Below are positions 21,405-29,391 of a stretch of DNA of 64,000 bases, piece after piece. The position numbers were made by a program, and so were the translations under genes. The DNA lies in contig JBFJCP010000009.1 of assembly GCA_041615815.1 (NCBI GenBank), positions 32,001 through 96,000 of the forward strand, in the 5' to 3' direction. Under the pieces are notes generated by a model. It made no database searches and had not been told where the DNA came from. It worked only from the letters and a program-made list of their open reading frames with translations. The stretch's first letter is position 1; every line of letters starts with the position of its first letter. The DNA comes from Gemmatimonadales bacterium (GTDB lineage: Bacteria > Gemmatimonadota > Gemmatimonadetes > Gemmatimonadales > GWC2-71-9).

Positions 21405-21961
21405 ACGCGCTCGAGATACTTGTCTTCACGACGATCCACGCGGATCATCTGGCCCTGCTCGATGAAGAGCGGGACCTGCACCACGGCACCGGTTTCCAGC
21501 TTTGCCGGCTTGGTCCCCCCGCTCGCCGTATCACCCCGCACGCCGGGATCGGTCTCCACCACCTCGAGCTCCACAAAAAACGGCAATTCGATCATGATCA
21601 CCGTCCCGTCGTGGACCAATCCGGAGCATTCCATTCCTTCTTTGAGATACTTCAATTGCTCCTCCCCCACCACCTCCGCGTTGATCGGGATGTCCTCGTA
21701 GGTCTGCATGTCCATGAAGTGGTAGAGGTGACCATCGTGATAAGAGTACTGCACCGGCCGCCGCTCCAGTCGAACGTCGGTCACCCGCTCGCCGGCCGTC
21801 CATGTCCGATCGATGACCGCCCCCGTCCGCACGTTCTTGAGCTTGCTCCGCACGAAGGCCCCACCCTTGCCGGGCTTCACGTGTTGAAAATAGGTGATCT
21901 GAAACAGCTGCCCATCGATCTCGAGCACCATACCGTTGCGAAAATCCGATGTCGTTGCCAT
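21401..21961 (-). CDS. efp: Elongation factor P
   Basis: HVKPGKGGAF, PGVRGDT, KPAKLETG, VPLFI. Confidence 0.98.
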   Translation of the reverse strand: MATTSDFRNGMVLEIDGQLFQITYFQHVKPGKGGAFVRSKLKNVRTGAVIDRTWTAGERVTDVRLERRPVQYSYHDGHLYHFMDMQTYEDIPINAEVVGEEQLKYLKEGMECSGLVHDGTVIMIELPFFVELEVVETDPGVRGDTASGGTKPAKLETGAVVQVPLFIEQGQMIRVDRREDKYLERV

Positions 21962-21988
21962 GACCGCGTCGTGATCCGTGCCTCCCGA

Positions 21989-23083
21989 TCAGAATAGTTC
22001 CCGCAACTCGGTGCGGCCGTCACTCAGGAGTTCCACTCCCTCCGCCCGCAGGACCACATCGTCCTCCAACCGAACGCCACCCCACCCCGGAAAGTAGAGC
22101 CCGGGCTCGATGGTCACGACGGCGTTCTCCGGAAGCGGATGGGTGTTCGTGCGACTCACGCGCGGCGCCTCGTGCACTTCGAGCCCCAACCCATGTCCGA
22201 GCGAATGGCCAAACGCATCTCCAAACCCACGTCGGGTGAGGAGCGCCCTGGCGATGCCGTCGGCCTCCCGACCCGTCATGCCCGCTCGCACGCCGTCGCG
22301 CGCCGCCTGCTGTGCCTCGCGCACCAGTTCGTAGACGGTGCGCTGTCGCTCGTCGGCGGCCCGACCCACCACCACGCTACGTGTGATATCCGCGCAGTAT
22401 CCATCCATTTGCGCCCCAAAGTCAAGGAGCAACCAGTCCCCACGGGCAATCTCTCGCTCCGCGGTCCGGGCGTGCGGAAGGGCACTGCGCGGTCCGGACG
22501 CCACGATCGTCGGAAAAGGGTGCCACTCGCTTCCCCGCCGGCGTAGCTCGTGCTCGAGGTGGGCCGCCACCTCGCGCTCTCGCTGCCCCACCCGCACGCA
22601 GGCCAACGTGGCTTCCAGGGCGGCCTGAGCAAGCCGCGCCGCTTCACGAATCGCCGCGATCTCCTCGGGATCCTTCTGCGCGCGGAGCTCCTCCACCAAC
22701 TCGCCGGCCGGCCGGAACCGACCGTGGGGTCCGTGCTCGCTCAACCGCTTGGCGTCGGCCACCGTCACTGCGTGCGCTTCAAACCCCACCGTCTCGATCC
22801 CCGTGTACTCCTCGAGAACCTGCCACAGCCGCTTCCACAGATCCGCGCTCGCGATCTCCACCCTAGCCGCGTCACCAACTTCCTCTTCCGCCTGCGTCCC
22901 GTAGCGAAAATCCGAGAGGAAGACCGTCTCCGTGGGCAACACCAACGCCAACGCGGACGTGCCGGTGAATCCTGTCAGATAGCGGATGTTGGGAAGATGG
23001 AGAACGAGAAGCCCGTCCAACGCTTCGCGATGGAGCATCGCCAAAAGCGCCGCTCGACGGGGTTCGCGGCGATCACCCCCCAC
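21989..23083 (-). CDS. Xaa-Pro aminopeptidase (M24 family)
   Basis: NIRYLTGFTG, DFG..DITR, HSLGHGLGLEVHE, TIEPG, GVRLEDD. Start at GTG 23083. Confidence 0.93.
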   Translation of the reverse strand: MGGDRREPRRAALLAMLHREALDGLLVLHLPNIRYLTGFTGTSALALVLPTETVFLSDFRYGTQAEEEVGDAARVEIASADLWKRLWQVLEEYTGIETVGFEAHAVTVADAKRLSEHGPHGRFRPAGELVEELRAQKDPEEIAAIREAARLAQAALEATLACVRVGQREREVAAHLEHELRRRGSEWHPFPTIVASGPRSALPHARTAEREIARGDWLLLDFGAQMDGYCADITRSVVVGRAADERQRTVYELVREAQQAARDGVRAGMTGREADGIARALLTRRGFGDAFGHSLGHGLGLEVHEAPRVSRTNTHPLPENAVVTIEPGLYFPGWGGVRLEDDVVLRAEGVELLSDGRTELRELF

Positions 23084-23516
23084 GAGGCGAGAGGTACTGG
23101 TGGAGCGCGTCGAGAGCGTACACGTACCCCTGCGGTCCGAAGCCGGCAATGACGCCGAGCGCGAGATCAGCCAGCAGGGAATGGCGCCGTTGTGGCTCTC
23201 GGGCAAAGACGTTCGAGAGGTGGACTTCGACAAAGGGAACGCGGACCGCGAGGAACGCGTCTCGGATGGCGATCGACGTGTGGGTCAAGGCCGCGGCGTT
23301 GACCACCGCCCCCTCAGCGGCGCCCACCAAACCCTGCACGAGCTCGACGAACTGCCCCTCGTGATTGGTCTGGTACCACGCGATCGCGATACCCCGCTCC
23401 TCGGCTCTGGCCCGGACCATTGTCTCGATGTCGTCGAGGCGCGCGGTGCCGTACAGCGCGGGCTCACGCGTTCCGAGAAGATTGAGGTTAGGTCCGTTGA
23501 GAACGGCGACGCGCAC
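23073..23516 (-). CDS. aroQ: Type II 3-dehydroquinate dehydratase
   Basis: LNGPNLNLLGTREP..YG, NHEG, THTSIAIRDA, EVHLSN. Confidence 0.97.
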   Translation of the reverse strand: MRVAVLNGPNLNLLGTREPALYGTARLDDIETMVRARAEERGIAIAWYQTNHEGQFVELVQGLVGAAEGAVVNAAALTHTSIAIRDAFLAVRVPFVEVHLSNVFAREPQRRHSLLADLALGVIAGFGPQGYVYALDALHQYLSPRGG

Positions 23517-25661
23517 TTAGGACTTCAGGCTCTCGAGCCAGTCCCGAAAATCCTCTTCACCCTCGTCGTCCGATTCGGTGTCCTCGGCTTCGGCAGCGGC
23601 GGGCACGTCGGACCCCGTGCGTGGGGTGCCGAAGAACTCCTCGTACGACGAGCCGTGCGGCGCCACCTCCTGTGGCCCCGCGGCGGGCGGAGGAGCCGCC
23701 GGCGCCGCGGAAGGTTCTTCGCCAAAGACGGACGCCAGGGACAACCCCTCGCCCCCCGCCGTTCCCGCTTGACCTTCCGCCTGCTCCTCGCGCTCGAACA
23801 CCGCGTCGAGCGCCTCGACCGGGGATGCGTGACTCGCCGCCGCGCCCGCTGCGGCCGCATCCGACGCGGGCAGCGTGGGGCGGGCCGCCGCAACTTGCTG
23901 GAGCAGCTTCCGAACGGAGTCCTCGCCGCTCGCCGCGGCGAAAAACTCGCCTCGCGGCTTTGGCCGAACCGGCACCGCGCGCGCTTCGAGGTCCGCGAGC
24001 CGCCGTTCCAATTCAGGGTCTCCCGGCCGGCGCATCAAGAGCTGCTGATAGATCTCGCGCGCCTCGTCGAAGAGTCCCTGCCGCGCGTAGACCTCGGCCA
24101 TCGTCTCGGTCAGCACGGGCTCGGGTTCAGGCTCCTCCTCTTCGGCCTCGACGTCCTCTGGCAGGATCAACGGAAGGTCGGACGCAGCCGAAGACGCCCT
24201 CATCGGAGCCGGCTCCTCTTCCAGGGACTCCTCGAAGACCGGAGGCTCGGCCACGAGCTCGTCGTCGGGCATCTCCGGCTCCGGCGCCACCGCCTCGGCC
24301 TCCACAGCCACCGGCTCGTCCAACGGCACGTCGGGCACATCTGCCTCTTCGAGCGGCGGTGGCGCATAACCCTGCTCCCGCAATGCCTCGGCCATCGTCG
24401 AATCGCCGGCCGCGAGCCCACCCACCGGCTCGACGTCATCACTGACGATCTCCGCTGCCGGCACGTCCTCGGCCACGCCGGCGTCGTGTTCGTCCTGCCC
24501 GTCCTCTCCGGACGCCCCGCTGATGTCCGGGACCTCCGCGTACTCGAGACCCGGTAGGTAATGCGCGGCGTCCTCGAGGGCCTCTTCTTGCAGCTGCTCA
24601 GCCTCGGCGAGATCTGCATCCGTGATCTCCCTCGACAAACGCTCCCCCGCATCCCACGACAGCTCCTCGTCGAACGGGGTGACATCGAGATCGGCCGCCA
24701 GCTCCGCGGGCACCTCTCCCACGTCCTCACGCATTGGGATCGTCTCTTGTGTCCGCGGGGGCACCTCGGGCTGAACCACCTCCTCGGCCGGCGGCGGCCC
24801 CGACGTCGCGGACATCTCCTCAGACGGGACGACGGTGTCGGATGGTGGCGGCTCCGAAGGAGCGGCAGCCGCCTCGACGTGCGGCGGCTCCTCGAGCGAG
24901 ACCGCCTCCGCCGTTATTTCGGACGACGACTCGACGGGTTCGAGGTCCGCTTCCACGCGCTCGACCGTAATGGGCTCCATCTCCAGCGTGTCGACGTCCG
25001 GCACCGCTGAGGCCCGTTCCACTTCGAGGGATTCCGCCACCGGCTCGGCCTCCGCCTCCGCCTCCGCCTCCAAGGCGGAAACTTCCACGTCGTCCGACGC
25101 CAGCTCGGGGACATCCGCGACCGCCTCCTCCTCCGGGCCCCCCCCGGTGTCGACCAACCCGCGAGCGTCGTCGGTGGTCGGCACCGGCAGCTCCGCGAGT
25201 TCCGCTGTCTCCGCCTCCGTATCTACCGGCGGGGACTGCGCGGCCGATGCCTCTTCCGCCTCCACCTGCGCCAGCGCCTCCAACTCGGCCCGCGCTTCGT
25301 CGTTCATGGGGTCCACGTCGAGCAGCCGTTCGAGCCAGCGTCTGGCGCCCGGACGGTCGCCCTGACGCCCAGCGATCTCGCTCAGCGACTTGAGGGCGAT
25401 GATATTCTCGGCATCCAACTCCAATACCCGCTCGAACGCCTTGGCCGCCTCGGGATCGTCACCTTGATCGAGGAGGCATCGCCCAAGGACGATGTGCCCG
25501 CTGGTGTAGTTGGGCCGCTTCTCCAGCCCCGAACGCACCACGTCCAGCGCCCGCTCGACTTCCCCAGCTTTACGGTATGCATCAGCCAGGGCGGCGAACC
25601 ACTGCTCAGGTTTTTCCCGAAAGCGCTGTTCGAGCTTCTCGATTTCGCTCTGGTAGGCCAT
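23517..25661 (-). CDS. TPR protein with long acidic Pro/Glu/Ala-rich disordered region
   Basis: About 130 aa of N-terminal TPRs, ~370 aa acidic linker, TPR-like TETMAEVYARQG motif, C-terminal helix DFRDWLESLKS. Start at ATG 25661. Confidence 0.8.
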   Translation of the reverse strand: MAYQSEIEKLEQRFREKPEQWFAALADAYRKAGEVERALDVVRSGLEKRPNYTSGHIVLGRCLLDQGDDPEAAKAFERVLELDAENIIALKSLSEIAGRQGDRPGARRWLERLLDVDPMNDEARAELEALAQVEAEEASAAQSPPVDTEAETAELAELPVPTTDDARGLVDTGGGPEEEAVADVPELASDDVEVSALEAEAEAEAEPVAESLEVERASAVPDVDTLEMEPITVERVEADLEPVESSSEITAEAVSLEEPPHVEAAAAPSEPPPSDTVVPSEEMSATSGPPPAEEVVQPEVPPRTQETIPMREDVGEVPAELAADLDVTPFDEELSWDAGERLSREITDADLAEAEQLQEEALEDAAHYLPGLEYAEVPDISGASGEDGQDEHDAGVAEDVPAAEIVSDDVEPVGGLAAGDSTMAEALREQGYAPPPLEEADVPDVPLDEPVAVEAEAVAPEPEMPDDELVAEPPVFEESLEEEPAPMRASSAASDLPLILPEDVEAEEEEPEPEPVLTETMAEVYARQGLFDEAREIYQQLLMRRPGDPELERRLADLEARAVPVRPKPRGEFFAAASGEDSVRKLLQQVAAARPTLPASDAAAAGAAASHASPVEALDAVFEREEQAEGQAGTAGGEGLSLASVFGEEPSAAPAAPPPAAGPQEVAPHGSSYEEFFGTPRTGSDVPAAAEAEDTESDDEGEEDFRDWLESLKS

Positions 25662-25726
25662 ACGTCGAGGGCTCACCCCCGAGGGTTCGGGGTATCTCCG
25701 AGTGGTCTAGGCATCGGTAACCTCGC

Positions 25727-25756
25727 AACTTAGCGCGCGCCAAGCGCGACTGTCAA
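25727..25756 (-). promoter_or_regulatory. Sigma70-type promoter for the TPR-aroQ-efp-acc cluster
   Basis: TTGACA-N18-TAAGTT on the minus strand. Confidence 0.65.
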
Positions 25757-25776
25757 CTGATATGGACGTTTCCGCC

Positions 25777-25805
25777 TTGAGATTTCTCGTTGTCGCACTT
25801 AGACT
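25777..25805 (+). promoter_or_regulatory. Sigma70-type promoter for the divergent surA/ppiD gene
   Basis: TTGAGA-N17-TAGACT on the plus strand, 36 bp before ATG 25842. Confidence 0.6.
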
Positions 25806-25841
25806 TAGCGGCCTCACGCCCGAACGGAGTGCTGAATCTCT

Positions 25842-27704
25842 ATGATGCGAGTAATGCGCGGCATTGCGCCGTGGATCATGGTCATCGTGGCCGTCAGCTT
25901 TGTCGGCTGGATGGTGTTCGAGGTGGGCATGGACGCCACCGGCCGCGGCGGCCAAAACGCGATCGACGAGGTGGGGCGCGTCAACGGCCAAAAGATCGGC
26001 CTGCAAACCTACTACTCCGCCCTGCGCAACACCCAAGAACAACAGCGCCAACAGGGCGTCCCGGTCGCCGAGACGCTGGAAGAACAGCGAGCGTTGGAAG
26101 ACGCCGTGATGGAACAGCTGATCCAGCAGATGCTGCTGGCCCAGGAGTATCGGCGTCGGGGCATTTCGGTCTCGGATGAGGAGGTACGTCAGGCGATGCT
26201 CAACGCACCGCCACCCGAGATTCTGCAGGTGCCGGAGTTTCAGACCGACGGCCAATTCGACGTGCAGAAATACCAGCGCTACCTCCTGTCCGGTGCGGAT
26301 CCGACGTTCACCTTTGCGCTCGAGGCGCAGGCTCGGGAAGCCATTCCACGGTACAAGCTCCAAGACCGGCTCGTGTCCGACGTCTACGTCTCCGACGCCA
26401 AGCTCTGGCAGATCTATCGGGACCGGAACGACTCCACGACCATTCGCTTGCTCACCCTGCTTCCACAGCTGGTGGTCCCGGATTCGGCCATTGCGCTCAC
26501 GGATGCCGAGGTGCAGGCCTACTACCGCGCCCATCGGAACGACTTCGAGGAGCCGGCGAACGCGTACCTGACCTATGTCTCCATCTCTCGCGTTCCGGAC
26601 GCGTCGGACTCCGCGGCGGCGCTGGCTCGCGCACAGGACATCCGTGCGGAGCTGCTCGCGGGGGCAGACTTCGCTGTCGTCGCGCAGCGTGAATCGGCCG
26701 ATTCCGTGAGCCGAGCCGATGGGGGCGATCTTGGCGAGGCGACCCCGGGACAGTTTGTCCGCGAGTTCGAGGAGGCGGCCCTGGCCCTCAGACCCGGTCA
26801 GATCTCCGAACCGGTGCGCTCTGCGTTTGGCATTCACATCATCAAGCTTGAGGCCCGATCGGGGGAGAGCTACCACGCACGTCACATTTTGATACCGGTG
26901 GAGCTCCAAGGTGAGCACCTCGACGCCGTGGATGCCCGGGCTGACTCCTTGGACCTGCTGGCGGCAACGCAGGACGACCCCGCGGCGCTCACCGCTGCTG
27001 CCTCGCTGATGGGGCTCCCGCTCATGCAATCTGGGCCGATTCAGGAAGGCGTTACCCCACGAATCGGCACCTTCTCCGTGGCCGACGCCGGCATTTGGGC
27101 CTTTGAAGCAGAGGTCGGAGAGATCTCGGAGGTCGTGGAGACCGATCAGGCGTATTACGTGTTCCGATTGGACAGCCTCCGGGCGGCGGGTGTCCCACCC
27201 TTGGCGCGAATCGAAGGTCGGGTACGGCAGGCGGCGCGCGTCGCGAAGCAAATGGAGCAGACGCGGGCCATCGCTCGGGAGATCGCCGCCGATCTCGCCG
27301 GCGGCGTGGGGCTCTCGGAAGCTGCGGGTCGGCGCAACCTCGTCACGCGGATCCTCGGCCCCTTTACGCGCACCACCCCTCCACCAGTCATCCGGGATGC
27401 ACCCGCAGTCGTGGGACTCGCATTCGGCCTTGCCGTCGGAACGGCTGGCGGACCCGTGGAATCGGAGCGGGCCCTCTTTTTCGTGGAGCCCACCGCGCGG
27501 CAACTGGCGGACTCGGCCGCGTTCACGGCCCAGATCGGCCAGCTGCGATCTCAGGTCTTGCAGCAGGAGCGGCAGGCTCGGCTCCAGTTGGTGTTCGCGT
27601 CGTTGCGACGAGGGGCCGACGTCGTCGACCGGCGCCGCGAGCTGGAGCGTCTCCAGCGCCAGGCGCCCGACATGCCCTTCCCCCAGAATCCGTTTGGGTT
27701 CTAG
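25842..27704 (+). CDS. Periplasmic chaperone / parvulin peptidylprolyl isomerase (PpiD/SurA family)
   Basis: N-terminal TM anchor, SurA_N-like VGRVNG region, parvulin motifs GGDLG and ISEPVRSAFGIHIIK. Confidence 0.9.
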   Translation: MMRVMRGIAPWIMVIVAVSFVGWMVFEVGMDATGRGGQNAIDEVGRVNGQKIGLQTYYSALRNTQEQQRQQGVPVAETLEEQRALEDAVMEQLIQQMLLAQEYRRRGISVSDEEVRQAMLNAPPPEILQVPEFQTDGQFDVQKYQRYLLSGADPTFTFALEAQAREAIPRYKLQDRLVSDVYVSDAKLWQIYRDRNDSTTIRLLTLLPQLVVPDSAIALTDAEVQAYYRAHRNDFEEPANAYLTYVSISRVPDASDSAAALARAQDIRAELLAGADFAVVAQRESADSVSRADGGDLGEATPGQFVREFEEAALALRPGQISEPVRSAFGIHIIKLEARSGESYHARHILIPVELQGEHLDAVDARADSLDLLAATQDDPAALTAAASLMGLPLMQSGPIQEGVTPRIGTFSVADAGIWAFEAEVGEISEVVETDQAYYVFRLDSLRAAGVPPLARIEGRVRQAARVAKQMEQTRAIAREIAADLAGGVGLSEAAGRRNLVTRILGPFTRTTPPPVIRDAPAVVGLAFGLAVGTAGGPVESERALFFVEPTARQLADSAAFTAQIGQLRSQVLQQERQARLQLVFASLRRGADVVDRRRELERLQRQAPDMPFPQNPFGF

Positions 27705-27711
27705 GGTTCGG

Positions 27712-27739
27712 TGCTAGGTGCTAGTGCGTAGAGGGTAGG
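27712..27739 (+). repeat. Degenerate 7-bp tandem repeat downstream of ppiD
   Basis: TAG recurs at 27715, 27722, 27729 and 27736 (TGCTAGG TGCTAGT GCGTAGA GGGTAGG). Confidence 0.5.
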
Positions 27740-27866
27740 CCACGGGCAAAGCGATACGGACGTGCAGCGCAACAGCAAGGGCCAGGGTGAGCGTGATCGA
27801 TCTCCCATGGCCCTTGCTGTTGCGACAACCCATGCTGCCGGTCGCCGACGGTCTGCCGCCTGCCGC

Positions 27867-28109
27867 CTACTGTGACAGCTTCTTTGGATCGCCGCTCCCG
27901 CTCTCGTCGCCCGGCGCATCGATTTGGCGGGCTGGCGGGACGCTGGTATCGGTGTCGATCTCGTTTCGCACTTCGCGGATGCTCTTCTTGAACTCGCGAA
28001 TTCCCTTGCCCATCGACTGCCCGATCTCCGGGAGACGCTTTGCTCCGAACACGAGCAGCAGCACCAGGAGGATCACCAAAATTTCCCACATGCCGAGGTT
28101 GAAGGGCAT
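27867..28109 (-). CDS. tatA: Twin-arginine translocase TatA/TatE subunit
   Basis: GMWEILVILLVLLLVFGAKRLPEIGQSMGKGIREFKK. Start at ATG 28109. Confidence 0.96.
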   Translation of the reverse strand: MPFNLGMWEILVILLVLLLVFGAKRLPEIGQSMGKGIREFKKSIREVRNEIDTDTSVPPARQIDAPGDESGSGDPKKLSQ

Positions 28110-28119
28110 GGTTGCCTCG

Positions 28120-28392
28120 CTAGAAAAGAGAACGTGCGAGCAAGTACGCCAGGACGATACCCACAAGGCCCAAGAGCGACACCTTGATGACGAGCGGTCC
28201 CAGTGCCAAGCTCAGGATCAATAGATCCAATTCGACCGGCCCAATCTGGGGCGCCACCGTCCAGGTGAAGAATTCCTTCGCGGGACCGTCGGGCAGGAAG
28301 CGTTCCAGCAGCGCCGAGAGGAACCCCCCGAGGACGAACCCCAGGGCCAGTACTGCTATGTAAAATAGCGGGCGCCGCGGTCCAATGGCCAC
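28120..28392 (-). CDS. Small membrane protein (DUF4321-like)
   Basis: Two hydrophobic segments with a GPVELDLLILSLALG pattern. Confidence 0.7.
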   Translation of the reverse strand: MAIGPRRPLFYIAVLALGFVLGGFLSALLERFLPDGPAKEFFTWTVAPQIGPVELDLLILSLALGPLVIKVSLLGLVGIVLAYLLARSLF

Positions 28393-28397
28393 GGGTG

Positions 28398-29387
28398 TCA
28401 GCTCCGACGTTCAATCGCGTAGATGATGCAGTCTCGGAGGGCATTCCGGGCGCGACCGGACGGGAGGCACTCGAGCTCGGCTTCCGCCTCGAGGGCGAGC
28501 TCCTGGGCCCGCGCCCGCGCGGCGGCGATTCCGCCCCGCGCCTCGACGATGCGAATCACAGCCGCGATGAGCTCATCGGCCGGGCGGGGATCCGCCATGA
28601 GCTGCTCCACGTGAGCCCGCTCGCCGGCATCCATCGAGGGCAGCGCCGCGATGAGCGGCAGGGTGATCTTGTGCTCTCGCAGATCCAGCCCGGCCGGCTT
28701 GCCGGTCACGGACTCCGACTCGGTGTAATCCAGCACGTCGTCGGCAATCTGAAACGCCATACCCAAGAGCCGGCCGTACCGCCGCAACGCCTCGCGGTGG
28801 GCAGGCTGGCCGCCAATGGCACCGACCTCGCAGGCTCCAGCCATCAGCGAGGCTGTCTTCGCATCGATCAGCCGATCGTAGTCCTCGTCCGAGAAGTCGA
28901 GTACGTCATGCGCGGTGACCTCGCGCATTTCCCCCACGGTCATCTCGTTGGTGACGCGGCTGATGACGCTCAATGGCTCCAGATCGTCCAGCTTGACCAA
29001 CTCCGTGATGGCGCGGGAGTAGAGGTAATCTCCCATGATGACGGCGACCTGGTGACTGAACAGCGCATTCACCGTGGGTTGGCCGCGCCGCAGCACCGAG
29101 TGATCGACGGAGTCGTCGTGAATGAGGGTGGCGAGGTGAATCAGCTCGATGACCGCCGCCAGGGTGACGTCGCGGGGAACGGGTCCACGGGTCGCCTGGG
29201 CCGCCAGGAGCAGTAACGTGGGCCGGAACATCTTGCCCCGAATCCGCAGCAAGTGCTCGTTGACGTCACTGATGAGATGGAAGTCGGTCTTGATGATGCG
29301 ACCGAGCTCGGTGAACACCGCGTCGAGCTCGACCCGCACGGGCTCTTGGATCGCCGTGAGTGCGGGGCGCACGACCTGAGGCCCCAC
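28398..29387 (-). CDS. Polyprenyl diphosphate synthase (IspB/HepT-like)
   Basis: GKMFRP, LIHDDSVD..RRG, KTA, FQIADDVLD, GKP..DL. Start estimated at GTG 29387. Confidence 0.94.
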   Translation of the reverse strand: MGPQVVRPALTAIQEPVRVELDAVFTELGRIIKTDFHLISDVNEHLLRIRGKMFRPTLLLLAAQATRGPVPRDVTLAAVIELIHLATLIHDDSVDHSVLRRGQPTVNALFSHQVAVIMGDYLYSRAITELVKLDDLEPLSVISRVTNEMTVGEMREVTAHDVLDFSDEDYDRLIDAKTASLMAGACEVGAIGGQPAHREALRRYGRLLGMAFQIADDVLDYTESESVTGKPAGLDLREHKITLPLIAALPSMDAGERAHVEQLMADPRPADELIAAVIRIVEARGGIAAARARAQELALEAEAELECLPSGRARNALRDCIIYAIERRS

Positions 29388-29391
29388 GTCC

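Noticed and set aside
25044..25075. GCCTCC short tandem repeats
   Set aside because: They simply encode an EAEAEAE low-complexity stretch of the TPR protein.
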